Notes under the pieces: model-generated
The model's database searches: none
What the model was told of the DNA's origin: nothing
The model's input: only the letters and a program-made list of their open reading frames with translations
In this document: piece after piece, positions 28,158 to 37,945 of the stretch
How positions within the stretch are numbered: position 1 is the first letter of the stretch
Layout: the number at the start of each line of letters is the position of its first letter
Source: Candidatus Kaiserbacteria bacterium
Lineage (GTDB): Bacteria > Patescibacteriota > Minisyncoccia > Phycocordibacterales > UBA2100
Direction: 5' to 3'
Length of the DNA: 64,000 nucleotides
Assembly (NCBI GenBank): GCA_016214605.1
Contig: JACROD010000014.1
Coordinates: forward strand, 41,074 to 105,073
Program-made: the position numbers and the translations under genes

Positions 28158-29698
28158 GAGGCATGAGACAAACGCAAGATAGCGTTTTCGCGTCCGCATC
28201 AACTGTCGGTATTTTTGTGCTCGTTTTTATTTTTGGGTTTCTTTTGTTGTCTAACCAAGCCTATGCGGCAAACAAGGAAGGTAATCAGCAATGTATGGGG
28301 GAGTGGGATGAGATGTGTATGTGTGGCACAAAAATGGATCCCATGACTGGTTCGTGTGTGCCTAGTGGCAACAAAAAAATGTGCCCCTGCAAAGACACAA
28401 CGAGCGGACAAACGACGAGTGGCGTATGTGTGCAACAAGGAAAATGCGAAGCCAAATCATCCGGCGGTCAGGGCGTCGACAGTATGCTCAGTCAGCTCGG
28501 GCAGATGCTCGGCAAGGCAATGGAAGCCCTCAAGGGAGGTGGTGGAGGGGGAGGAGGTGGCGGACAGCCGCCGCAAATGCCGCAGAGCGGAAGTGGTGGT
28601 GGCACGGGGACCGGTTCTCAGGCGTGTACTTCGTACTACCAAGTATCTACCCCCTCAAGCGACCCGTGTGCTTATTATGTCCCCAACATCGCCAACGACC
28701 TAAACAACACGGCCAGCGATCTTTCAGGCGCACTCAATGGCAACGGCACACTCCCACCCCCCGCTACTACCAATGGTGGTAATACAAACAACACTACAGG
28801 CGGGAGTACCTCAGGAGGAGGCACTACAAACAACACATCCACCGAGGACGCCGCTTCGCAAGCTGTCGTTGCACAGAAGGCGAACTCTATCCTTGGTTTC
28901 ATACTGAATCCGGCAAGTGTGTTTTTGGGCAGTACGACGCAACAGCAGACTGTAGTGAATGCGGATGGAACCGTGTCTACCAACACATCGTATTCGTTCT
29001 TCGGTCAGGGTGTTTCGCCGTCGGCCATCCCTGGATTAGGAGATTTTGCCTCTTTTGCGAACATTGCCAATATTATTTCCGGCGAAAACCAAGGAGGTCT
29101 GCAACTCGGCAATAACGGCGTGACCATCACGTCATCGAGTCGAGATGCGAATTCCAATACTGCCGTATCAGGTTTCTATGGTGCCGATACGATAGGTGGA
29201 GTAGGTGTGCAGGGTCTCGCCGCGTGGCTGTGCCGTACTCGGCCATGGGCAAGCAGTATTTTCTCAAAGATTGTATCGGTGTCCTATTTCGATAATCTTT
29301 GTACAAAAAATGGCTATCAAGTAGGTGGTGCGGCTCCGGTGCGGACGACTGCGCCGGTACTAACACAGACTGTTGTCCCTGCGAAAAAAAATACACCCGC
29401 GACAACGACTCAGAGTAATCCATCTACGAATCCGGCGGCGACTACTGTGCCACCGCATGTGCAGGTCTGGGCCGTTCCTGCGATCGTTTCGATCGGTTCG
29501 CGCACCTCGGTCTTTTGGAGTGCGCGTGGGGTGGAGAGCTGCATTGTGACAAGTCCTGACGGCAGCTTCCACCAATCATCGCTTTCGGGAGGGGCGTCGA
29601 CGGTGCCGCTCACCTCTGCGACGACCTACTCTATATCATGTCTCACCGCAGGCGGAACACCGGCCACCGACTACTTCACAGTCAAGATGGCGATATAG
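28154..29698 (+). CDS. Secreted Cys-rich, Gly/Thr-rich surface protein
   Basis: Signal peptide, N-terminal Cys cluster, poly-Gly, C-terminal Ig-like domain. Confidence 0.7.
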   Translation: MRGMRQTQDSVFASASTVGIFVLVFIFGFLLLSNQAYAANKEGNQQCMGEWDEMCMCGTKMDPMTGSCVPSGNKKMCPCKDTTSGQTTSGVCVQQGKCEAKSSGGQGVDSMLSQLGQMLGKAMEALKGGGGGGGGGGQPPQMPQSGSGGGTGTGSQACTSYYQVSTPSSDPCAYYVPNIANDLNNTASDLSGALNGNGTLPPPATTNGGNTNNTTGGSTSGGGTTNNTSTEDAASQAVVAQKANSILGFILNPASVFLGSTTQQQTVVNADGTVSTNTSYSFFGQGVSPSAIPGLGDFASFANIANIISGENQGGLQLGNNGVTITSSSRDANSNTAVSGFYGADTIGGVGVQGLAAWLCRTRPWASSIFSKIVSVSYFDNLCTKNGYQVGGAAPVRTTAPVLTQTVVPAKKNTPATTTQSNPSTNPAATTVPPHVQVWAVPAIVSIGSRTSVFWSARGVESCIVTSPDGSFHQSSLSGGASTVPLTSATTYSISCLTAGGTPATDYFTVKMAI

Positions 29699-29717
29699 TG
29701 GGTAAACTGGTTGCTCT

Positions 29718-30032
29718 TGTGGTCAGGGATAATTCGATCGCCGTCGCGATCGAATTTCCCCGACCCGGCCTCGCGGCTCGGCCTACTGGCCTCGCATCGC
29801 TCCGGCTCGCACTCGTAGACAAAAACAGCCCGCAAGTAGGTGTTTCCTTGTGGTCACAGATAATTCGTTTGCCGTCGCAAACGAATTTCCGCGAAGCTTT
29901 GCACTTGGTTTTCTAATTCGCTTCGCTCATAACAAAACCTACGCCCGCCTCGCGGTCTCGCCTACTGGCTCGACAACGCTCTGTCTCGCACATGTACACA
30001 AAAACAGTGCGCAGGCACTGTTTTTGGTCATG
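29718..30032 (-). repeat. Two tandem units of a structured tRNA-trailer repeat
   Basis: GTGGTCA..GATAA-hairpin(CGTC loop)...CCTCGCGG..CG.CCTACTGGC...AAAAACAG repeated twice. Confidence 0.8.
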
Positions 30033-30105
30033 TGCGCCCAGTTGGATTCGAACCAACGACCCACTCCTTAAAAGGGAGATGCTCTACCAACTGAGCTATG
30101 GGCGC
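30033..30105 (-). tRNA. tRNA-Lys(UUU)
   Basis: Cloverleaf, loop CTTTTAA, GGTTCGAATCC. Confidence 0.96.
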
Positions 30106-30168
30106 AATAGAGGACTGATACCCAACTATCTAGTTGGATTACACAGAATATAACAGTACAATACGAAA

Positions 30169-30696
30169 ATGTCACTCGATGATATGGAATGGCGCAAAAA
30201 GAATGAAGGGTTGAGTGGTTTCGAGCCGATCAATAGAATAGTGGCCGATGAAAAGAGGCGTCGCCTTTTTGAGCGTTTTTTAAACCTCAACAGCAAAGAC
30301 GATGGAATCGTCCAAAGCATCTACGGGCGGTATCAAGATAAAATACCGTTCACCGAAATACAAAATGCGTTCCTCAAAGATAAATATCCGGAGTTCCAGG
30401 AGCGCATGGACCTGATGAGAGAGGCAGAAAGGGAGCTGACCGAAGAAAATGTGAGAGATATGGGGGATATGATGCAGCATAATCTCTTCGGGGCGACACC
30501 AGAGCAGTTACAGGATTATCTAGAACATATGGCGATCGTGCGTCCTGATGCGCTACGTAAAGTGCTTGAGATCAAGCAGCAGATCAAAGAAGAAAACAAA
30601 GGGATCGTGCCGGTCGTAGGTGAGATCGCGATGGGTCTTGTGGCAGACCAGGCCAGTCTTTGGAAGGGTAGCGGGTGGGCGCACCTCAGAGCGTAA
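30169..30696 (+). CDS. Hypothetical helical protein
   Basis: TACAAT 6 nt before ATG; charged helical sequence. Confidence 0.6.
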   Translation: MSLDDMEWRKKNEGLSGFEPINRIVADEKRRRLFERFLNLNSKDDGIVQSIYGRYQDKIPFTEIQNAFLKDKYPEFQERMDLMREAERELTEENVRDMGDMMQHNLFGATPEQLQDYLEHMAIVRPDALRKVLEIKQQIKEENKGIVPVVGEIAMGLVADQASLWKGSGWAHLRA

Positions 30697-31063
30697 AAAG
30701 CCGAAGGAGAAAAAAGAACCGTCCAGTTTTGATCTTGGCGGCCGGCACACCGAGTATACCGACGTCGAGGCGGAACGATACAAAGACCCAAGAGATTTTT
30801 ACGATGAGGTCGAACGCCAACTTGAGAAATATAACGATAAAACGGAAGCATGGAGACTGATTGAAAATTTCCTTCCGCTGCATATCGAGCGTCAACGAGA
30901 CCGTGGACCAGCGCGTGCGCGGCTCCACGATCTCATCATCAAACAAGAAAACAAGGAAGAGGCGCTCAAGTTTTTGAAAGAAAAACTTGGTCTATCGGAT
31001 TCCACCGAAGAGGCGGACGCAGAGACAGGACAAAAAGAGAATGAAGATGAGGCCGCAGAGTAA
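30620..31063 (+). CDS. Hypothetical acidic protein (start uncertain)
   Basis: Protein-like composition in the 3' two-thirds; overlaps the previous ORF. Confidence 0.45.
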   Translation: MRSRWVLWQTRPVFGRVAGGRTSERKKPKEKKEPSSFDLGGRHTEYTDVEAERYKDPRDFYDEVERQLEKYNDKTEAWRLIENFLPLHIERQRDRGPARARLHDLIIKQENKEEALKFLKEKLGLSDSTEEADAETGQKENEDEAAE

Positions 31064-31076
31064 AACAAAGGAGATC

Positions 31077-31490
31077 TTAGAGCGGCAGATCGAAAGCGAA
31101 GGTACCTGCACCGGAGATAATGAGTGATATGCAGATGACGAAGAGGAGTGTATAGGTGCCGCGCGAGAGGGGAATGATGGCAGTATAGCGATGGATTCCG
31201 ACGTAATGCTTCACAGCAAGCAGGGCACCGAAGATCGCGGCGACTTGGGTATAGAGCCCGACCGCAAGCAGGGCACCGATGAGTCCGGTAGCGAAGACGG
31301 AGATCCATACGAGCCACAGGGGCATGCGACCGATCATGGGAACATCACGTAATTCAGCGATCTTATGTCGATCGCGGGCGATAGAGTTGGCCATGTAGAG
31401 GAATGCGTAGCCAGCCGCTACACGTATGAGCGCGGTTGCAAACGGCGAGAGATATAAAAGGCCGGGGAATACGGAAAATACTTGGAACAT
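31077..31490 (-). CDS. DoxX-like membrane protein
   Basis: LLAVGLYTQVAA, ISGAGTFAFDLPL. Confidence 0.8.
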   Translation of the reverse strand: MFQVFSVFPGLLYLSPFATALIRVAAGYAFLYMANSIARDRHKIAELRDVPMIGRMPLWLVWISVFATGLIGALLAVGLYTQVAAIFGALLAVKHYVGIHRYTAIIPLSRGTYTLLFVICISLIISGAGTFAFDLPL

Positions 31491-31528
31491 GATGGTTAGT
31501 ATAGCACCTTTTATGGTAGTGTTTGTCC

Positions 31529-31996
31529 ATGCAGACGGCGCTTTTGCTCCACAATATCCGCAGTGCCCACAATGTGGGTTCGATATTTCGTACAGCCGAT
31601 GCGGCGGGAGTATCGAGGATATATCTCAGCGGTTACACGCCGACGCCGGTAGACCGCTTCGGGCGCGCACAAAAAGAGATCGTAAAGACTGCGCTCGGTG
31701 CCGAGAAGGATGTCTCGTGGGAATATGCGGCGACCCCCGCGCCTTTTATAAGGCGTATGAAGAAGGAGGGGTGGCGGATCGTGGGGGTGGAGCAAGATGC
31801 GCGGGCGACCGATTATCGCGCACTCACGCTCGATCGTCCGACACTCTTCATTCTCGGCAACGAGGTGCGCGGCATCTCGCCCTCACTGCGCGGCCAGTGC
31901 GATGTTCTCACTGAAATACCGATGCATGGAAAAAAAGAATCTCTCAACGTCGCCGTAGCGGCGGGCATCGTGCTGTTTGCATCGGCGGGTTTTTAG
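31529..31996 (+). CDS. TrmH/SpoU family RNA methyltransferase
   Basis: NIRSAHNVGSIFRTADAAG, GNEVRG, IPMHG..ESLNVAVA. Confidence 0.93.
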   Translation: MQTALLLHNIRSAHNVGSIFRTADAAGVSRIYLSGYTPTPVDRFGRAQKEIVKTALGAEKDVSWEYAATPAPFIRRMKKEGWRIVGVEQDARATDYRALTLDRPTLFILGNEVRGISPSLRGQCDVLTEIPMHGKKESLNVAVAAGIVLFASAGF

Positions 31997-32970
31997 TATG
32001 TCACCGCATCCACGGTGCGGCCTTTGGCGTCGAGAAGTCGGATGATGTCGTGTCGATCATCCCAGATGCTACGCTGAGCATTGATAAAGAGACGCCACGA
32101 ATTATGCAGAAAAGATGATTCGTTTTGATGGAGATGCACGCAGCCGTTGTAGGAGAACGTATTGGTCACATACGAGCGGCATGCGGGGGAAAGAGAGGTG
32201 GGCAGATCTTGAGGAAACTCGCATGAAGAAAGGTTGCGCACATAGTCGAGACAACTTGATCCGTAGGTGCGAAGGTTTTCTGGGGTCTCGGGAAACACTT
32301 TTGATGGGTCCGGACACACGGAAAAATCTAGGCTCGGATAAAATGCCTGCAGCTTGCCGAGGTAGCCGCTGCATATATTTTCATGGAATGACACGCCGAC
32401 TGGCGAGACGCCGGAAGTGATAATAGCAGTCGCTCCTGGTTCGAGGGTGACCGACCCAGTGCTATTGACCGCTCCTCCGATAAAGGCCGAAGCGGCTGGT
32501 GGCAGGTAGTAGCGTTCTCCTGAGACGGCGCTCTGCACTGACCATCCGGTGATGTCCACTGCACCTTCGTTGTCGCGAGATGCGGTGACGGCCACGTATT
32601 CTTTCGAAGGGTTGTTTTCTGTGGCACGACCTTCTTGAAGCGTTACTTGTGAGCGGTACGGCGACGGCATGCCGAAGTTTCGTGCTTGGTCGATCTGCTC
32701 TTGCGAGTATCCGGTGCCTCCCACCCCGCCGGAATTGTCGCTCGTGTATTGTGAAATATCTGCAGCTCCAGGAATGGAGACAGAGTCTTGCCATGGCAGC
32801 TTGATGCTGAAGAGTTTGGGTATGAGCGAGCCGTTGAGAAGGGAGGAGATGATGTCCGGTTGAGATTTTGCTGCACTGATAACCTTGGCCGGCCCGCCGC
32901 TGATCACCCAAAAGATGATCATGAGGAAGATGGCGGTGGCTACGAGGGCCGCGATGATCTTTCCAATCAT
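31993..32970 (-). CDS. CPR membrane-anchored protein with lamin-tail-like domain
   Basis: TM helix, EYV...VDITGWSV, ENICSGYL, IRLLDAKGRTVD. Confidence 0.7.
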   Translation of the reverse strand: MIGKIIAALVATAIFLMIIFWVISGGPAKVISAAKSQPDIISSLLNGSLIPKLFSIKLPWQDSVSIPGAADISQYTSDNSGGVGGTGYSQEQIDQARNFGMPSPYRSQVTLQEGRATENNPSKEYVAVTASRDNEGAVDITGWSVQSAVSGERYYLPPAASAFIGGAVNSTGSVTLEPGATAIITSGVSPVGVSFHENICSGYLGKLQAFYPSLDFSVCPDPSKVFPETPENLRTYGSSCLDYVRNLSSCEFPQDLPTSLSPACRSYVTNTFSYNGCVHLHQNESSFLHNSWRLFINAQRSIWDDRHDIIRLLDAKGRTVDAVTY

Positions 32971-32978
32971 GAATCGTA

Positions 32979-34268
32979 TTATACCTTGTCGGTGGAAGAT
33001 GGCGACCTTTTTGCAAGGATCTTTTGTAGTTCTTCGCGCGCTACCGCCGCGTCGCTCCAGGGAATCTTAGAACCTTGCGGGCCGCAGATGCATGGGTCGG
33101 TTCCTTTGCCGGAAATAAGCACCGCGTCCCCTGTGCGGGCGAGTCGCAGCGCTGCTGCGATCGCCTCGCGTCGGTCCATAATAATCTCTGGCGTGCGTTT
33201 CATGCCGCGCGCGAGCTCATCGACGATCGATCGCGGATCCTCATCATACGGGTCTTCGTTGGTGAGGATCACTTGGTCGCATCGCTCGTCGGCGATTCTT
33301 CCCATGACAGGGCGTTTCCATAGGTCGCGGCCGCCGCCCGTCGACCCCAAGACGCAGATTTTTCGGTCAGGACCATATGCATCATAGAGGGCGGTGAGCG
33401 AATCCGGTGTGTGAGCATAGTCGACGACAACTATAAAATCTTGCCCTTCGTCGATTCGTTCGGCACGGCCGGGGATGGTGTGTAGGTTGTCGAGGGCGCG
33501 TGCGATCACAAGTGGTTTGACGCCCATTGCCTGTGCGAGTGTTGCAGCGGCGAGCGCATTTTTCAGAGAAAAGTCGCCGGGCAAGTGTATGTGGATGCCC
33601 ACATCAAAGAATCGGAACGATCCGCCGTTCTCGTCCGATGAGTGTACAGGGGTGGCAGAGAGCGAGAAGGGGAGGCGTGTCTCGACGGAGAGCATGAGGT
33701 AGCGAGACCCCTGTGCATCGTCGCTGTTGGCGACGACGATGCGCGGACGCTTGCTTGAGCGTGCGAGTTGGCGGCCGATCTCGAATTTTGCATCTGCGTA
33801 CGCATCGAATGATCCATGCGATTCGATGTGCTCGGGAGCGAGGTTGGTGAAAATGAGACCGTCGATTTCGATCGCGCGATGGCGGTATTGCCGCGCGCCT
33901 TCGGATGTCATTTCGATAATAGCAGCGGTGCATCCGCGCTGGACCGCATGCGCGAGAAACCGTTGGATGAAGAATCTTCCCGGCATGGACATGCGCATGA
34001 GGTTGGGCTTCGACGTGTCCGCGATCTTGATGCGTATCGAATTGAGTACGGCGGTCGTGTACCCGGCTTCTTCCAGGATGGCGTTGAGCATTTCGGTCGT
34101 ACTCGACTTGCCTTTGGTGCCGGTCACGGCGAATACGAGCAGTTTGCGCGAAGGATATCCGTATATAAAAGCGCCGATAGAGGGGGTCACAAAATGATAC
34201 ACGCGCTGCAATGGATCGAGTATGGAGGGCGGAATGATATTCACGATGGCGTGTTTAAGACGGTACAT
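32979..34268 (-). CDS. murE: UDP-N-acetylmuramyl-tripeptide synthetase (MurE family)
   Basis: VTGTKGKSST, EMTS, VDYAHTPDSL, TNEDPYDE, GKG. Confidence 0.92.
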   Translation of the reverse strand: MYRLKHAIVNIIPPSILDPLQRVYHFVTPSIGAFIYGYPSRKLLVFAVTGTKGKSSTTEMLNAILEEAGYTTAVLNSIRIKIADTSKPNLMRMSMPGRFFIQRFLAHAVQRGCTAAIIEMTSEGARQYRHRAIEIDGLIFTNLAPEHIESHGSFDAYADAKFEIGRQLARSSKRPRIVVANSDDAQGSRYLMLSVETRLPFSLSATPVHSSDENGGSFRFFDVGIHIHLPGDFSLKNALAAATLAQAMGVKPLVIARALDNLHTIPGRAERIDEGQDFIVVVDYAHTPDSLTALYDAYGPDRKICVLGSTGGGRDLWKRPVMGRIADERCDQVILTNEDPYDEDPRSIVDELARGMKRTPEIIMDRREAIAAALRLARTGDAVLISGKGTDPCICGPQGSKIPWSDAAVAREELQKILAKRSPSSTDKV

Positions 34269-34275
34269 ATGGTAT

Positions 34276-34848
34276 TTATCGAGTACCCAAAAGTTTGAGC
34301 GCTTCGCGCAGGCGTTCGTTGCTGTTGGCGATATCGGCGGGGACTTTGCGCAGCGCTTCGCGCGCCTCTTGTGCGGAATATCCGAGCGCGCGCAGGGCAT
34401 CCAATGTATCGATGTCTCCCGAAAGTGCCTCCCCTGATCCGTCGATTCCGAGCCCGACCTTGTCGCGCAGTTCGAGCACGATCTTCTCGGCGGTCTTTTT
34501 GCCGATACCGGAGACCGAGGTGAGGTACCCGGCGTTGCCGCCTGAGATCGCGCTACGCAGCGTTTCGACTGATGCGATGTCGAGAATACTCAGGGCAGAC
34601 CGAGGGCCGATACCCGATACGGAGAGAAGGAGATTGAAAAAACGAAGCTCCTCTTCAAGGATGAAACCATACAGATCGAGGATATCTTCGCGCACCGCAA
34701 GGTGGGTCCAAAATGCGATCGAAGTGTCTGTCTTGAGGCTGGCGAGGGCTTCCTTGGTGGCAAAAACCTTATATCCGACCCCGCCCGCAAGAAGGATGCA
34801 GTAAGTGGGGCGTATGGCCCGAACGGTGCCCTCAATGTAGCCAATCAT
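34276..34848 (-). CDS. ruvA: Holliday junction DNA-binding protein RuvA
   Basis: GGVGY, HLAVRED..DLYGF, VSGIGPRSAL, GIGKKTAEKIVLELRDK. Confidence 0.97.
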   Translation of the reverse strand: MIGYIEGTVRAIRPTYCILLAGGVGYKVFATKEALASLKTDTSIAFWTHLAVREDILDLYGFILEEELRFFNLLLSVSGIGPRSALSILDIASVETLRSAISGGNAGYLTSVSGIGKKTAEKIVLELRDKVGLGIDGSGEALSGDIDTLDALRALGYSAQEAREALRKVPADIANSNERLREALKLLGTR

Positions 34849-34999
34849 GAATACATCATACATCAATACGAGTGATTTTCTCGCCAGCACGTCATACATG
34901 CATCCTATGCTATAGCATCGGATGCATGTATATGTACTTCCTTTTGGTTTGTTTTGTGTCACTTGCAAAATACTTCGAAAGCCTGTACTATCCCACCCA

Positions 35000-35266
35000 A
35001 TGGCATACACAAAGAACGCCAAGAAAGCAAATCGCGTCAACAAGCGCCGACACGTCTTCAACACGCGCCACAAAAAGGCCGTAAAGGATGCGGTCAAGGA
35101 GACCGCTAAGCTCATGGTGGGCAAGAAGCCTGCTGATGCGGCGAAGTCGCTCCCAGGCCTCTACAAGGCGATTGATAAGGCGGCCAAACACGGCACCATC
35201 AAGAAAAATACGGCTGCGCGCATGAAGTCGCGTATCACCAAGCGACTTGTGGCAGCGACGAAATAA
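35000..35266 (+). CDS. rpsT: 30S ribosomal protein S20
   Basis: IDKAAKHGTIKKNTAARMKSR. Confidence 0.96.
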   Translation: MAYTKNAKKANRVNKRRHVFNTRHKKAVKDAVKETAKLMVGKKPADAAKSLPGLYKAIDKAAKHGTIKKNTAARMKSRITKRLVAATK

Positions 35267-35387
35267 CCTTTTATCTAACAAAGAAAAGCCTCCCTTTCGG
35301 GAGTTTTTTTCTTTGTAATCAGTAGGCGTATTTCCATGGGGTCGCGCGTACTCGCGCGACATCGCTCCGGCCGGTATATGTCTTTCA

Positions 35388-35524
35388 TGTGGTCACGGAT
35401 AAATGAGTCGTCGTCACGACTCATTTTCCGCGACCCCGGCTCGCGGCTCGGCCTGCCGGCCTCGCAGCGCTGCGCCCGGCACATGCACCGAAAAACAGCA
35501 CGCAGGTGCTGTTTTTCTGTCATG
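35388..35524 (-). repeat. Third unit of the tRNA-trailer repeat
   Basis: Same architecture as 29718-30032, directly 3' of tRNA-Arg(GCG). Confidence 0.8.
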
Positions 35525-35596
35525 TGCCCCCGGCAGGAATCGAACCTGCATTACGAGCTCCGCAAGCTCGCGTTCTATCCATTAAACTACGGGAGC
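35525..35596 (-). tRNA. tRNA-Arg(GCG)
   Basis: Anticodon arm CGAGC-TTGCGGA-GCTCG; GGTTCGATTCC. Confidence 0.93.
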
Positions 35597-35717
35597 AATA
35601 CCCGACCATCCTTTAGAGGAAGGGATAGGGGACAATGTAGCACAGAATGATCGCTTTTCCACACTTTGTTCTAAAATAGCATTGCGCTGTGTGCGTGCAG
35701 GGCACATCATAAAGGGC

Positions 35718-37859
35718 ATGTCCTACCTCTTTGGGTCCGGTTCACGTCGCGGTCTTTCTACACAGACGGGATCGACCATTCTCGCAGCACTTCTCTTGGT
35801 CGCTGTCGCAGGTATCTTTTCTATGGTGCTCCACTACGGCAGTTCTCTCAATGATCGTTTAGCATACCAAACCCAAGGACTGACCGCGGCAGCGGACTAC
35901 TCTTCGCCGATTGCCCCTGCTCCCGCGCCGCTCAACCTCAGTTCATCCCAAGCCTCCGATCAGCCTACCAAGACGGAGACGACCCCGCCAAAAAAATGCA
36001 AAGATAACAAAGTAGATAGTGGCCAAATTAAAGGAGGATCAACCGGCGCCAATAGGGGGGCGATCCAATTTACCGCAGAGTGTCTCCCCGGATGTAAATA
36101 TAAAGTTTCTGTCAGTGGCGACTCATCTTCCGCTGAGGGCGAGTACCAAGCCACAAATCCAGAAGACGTTTCGGACTCGTCCAAACCTTGTACAGTGTGC
36201 GACTCAAACGGGTGTTACAGCCAAAAGATCGGCGCCGACGGCAAACCAGTCCCCGGAAGCACCATGCAGTGCGATTCAAGCGGCAATAACTGCAAACCGG
36301 TCGATCAGTCGACAGTGGGCAAATCGACAGCGACGGATCCTGCCGCTGCGCAACAGGCTTTGCAGGCTGCCGCGAAAGAGGTCGCAGCTCAAGCAAGTCT
36401 CGGTACGACAGCAGGTACTGCACAGGCGCAGGCAACAGCAGACGATTTCCTCACTAAGAATCCGGGGTTGGCAAAGGATTTTGGTGCCGCACTGGAACAA
36501 CAGAAAGCAAATATCCCAATCAACAGCGAAGAATCTGCATATCCCACGATCGATAACATACAACAAAAGATCGCGAGCCTTGCCGGGCCAGATGCGGGCG
36601 GAAGTACGCCAGCACCGAGCGGAGATTTTAAGGGTCAGCTCGTACCCATTGGCGCTGCTGCGGATGTTTGCCAAGGCGATACGAACTGCCTTTCAATGTT
36701 TACGCCCCAAGCAGCTCCTGGTGGTACACCGGCTCCGGCTCCGGGTACAACTCCTGCTCCAGGAGGTAATCAGCCACCCTGTCCATATGGCTACTGGATA
36801 GCGAGTACTGACCCCATCGACGTTAGGTGTAATACACAACCGAACACGAGTTTTGGCGACGGGCCCGGCGGTGGTGGTATGACCAGTGGCGTTATGTCAT
36901 TCTTGGGCGGTATGATGCGTGGTATGGGCTACGGAGGGATGGGTGGATACGGAGGTTATGGTGGCTATGGTGGAATGGGTGGGTATGGTGCCGGAGGATA
37001 CGGCGTCCCGCCGGGCAATACGATCCCGCAGGGAGCCGGGGCATGCAATACCCAATACATGTGCCAAGGTCAAACGCTCTTGTATCGCAACAATCAATGC
37101 GTCGATCAACCGATGCAGCAGTGCCCCTACGGATGCAATGGTAATCAATGCGCCCAACAAAACGGCCAACAACAGCAGCAGGGACAGTACGGGTATGGCA
37201 CCAACAACCAGCCGTGTATGCAGCCGCCGATGCGGCCGGATGCATCTACCTGCACTACTGGCACATGGAAAGCCACCTCTGCCACCAACAACGGCTGTAC
37301 TACGGGCTGGCAGTGTGTAGCAGACGGTGGTAGTACCAACACTGCCTCGCCGATTGCATCACTCTCATGCCAATCACAGGTTGCTGATGTGGGCTCTACC
37401 TTTGCGATCTCATACAGTTGCCAGCGTGCGGTCACTTCGCTCGGCGGAGGTTTCGATACGCAAGGACAGCTCACTGGTGGTGCTACGGTCACTATCGGGG
37501 ATCCTCCGGCCGGTACCAATACCGCCACCTATACGCTCGGTTGTCGCAATAGCGCGGGGCTCACCGTCGGCGCGCAATGCAGTGTGCAGATCAATAAGCC
37601 CTTGATCGCTCTTACAGTTAATCCTTCTTCGGTAGCGGTTGGCGCCACATCAACCGTTGGTTGGGTCACGAGTGGCATGCAGTCATGTGTTGTCTCGAGT
37701 CCCGATAACGCCATCTTCACTGCCCAAAATGCAAGCAGCACCAACGTCAACGGTGTGGCGGTGACCCCACACTTGACCGCAACGACCCATATTCAGCTCA
37801 ATTGTAGGACCTTTGGAGGCGGAATTCGTGCGACATCGACGACGATCTCGGTGCAATAA
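35718..37859 (+). CDS. Membrane-anchored Cys-rich low-complexity surface protein
   Basis: TM helix, many Cys, GGY/GGM repeats, Q/N-rich tract, C-terminal Ig-like domains. Confidence 0.7.
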   Translation: MSYLFGSGSRRGLSTQTGSTILAALLLVAVAGIFSMVLHYGSSLNDRLAYQTQGLTAAADYSSPIAPAPAPLNLSSSQASDQPTKTETTPPKKCKDNKVDSGQIKGGSTGANRGAIQFTAECLPGCKYKVSVSGDSSSAEGEYQATNPEDVSDSSKPCTVCDSNGCYSQKIGADGKPVPGSTMQCDSSGNNCKPVDQSTVGKSTATDPAAAQQALQAAAKEVAAQASLGTTAGTAQAQATADDFLTKNPGLAKDFGAALEQQKANIPINSEESAYPTIDNIQQKIASLAGPDAGGSTPAPSGDFKGQLVPIGAAADVCQGDTNCLSMFTPQAAPGGTPAPAPGTTPAPGGNQPPCPYGYWIASTDPIDVRCNTQPNTSFGDGPGGGGMTSGVMSFLGGMMRGMGYGGMGGYGGYGGYGGMGGYGAGGYGVPPGNTIPQGAGACNTQYMCQGQTLLYRNNQCVDQPMQQCPYGCNGNQCAQQNGQQQQQGQYGYGTNNQPCMQPPMRPDASTCTTGTWKATSATNNGCTTGWQCVADGGSTNTASPIASLSCQSQVADVGSTFAISYSCQRAVTSLGGGFDTQGQLTGGATVTIGDPPAGTNTATYTLGCRNSAGLTVGAQCSVQINKPLIALTVNPSSVAVGATSTVGWVTSGMQSCVVSSPDNAIFTAQNASSTNVNGVAVTPHLTATTHIQLNCRTFGGGIRATSTTISVQ

Positions 37860-37945
37860 ATAATAGTTGTTAGCCAATAGGGATTAGCCACTAGAGCAAC
37901 ACCTGTTTTCCCTAATGGCTACACCCTAGTCGCTACTAGCTATTT

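Noticed and set aside
29718-30032. Possible CRISPR array
   Set aside because: Only two long degenerate units, no constant repeat with unique spacers, and no cas genes in the window.
32979-35124. Extended ORF-track starts for murE (34400) and ruvA (35124)
   Set aside because: The extensions overlap ruvA and rpsT respectively; homology begins at 34268 and 34848.
37860-37940. Short TTAGCCA(C/A)TAG-like repeats, also near 14300
   Set aside because: Too short and degenerate to support more than a terminator or spacer role.
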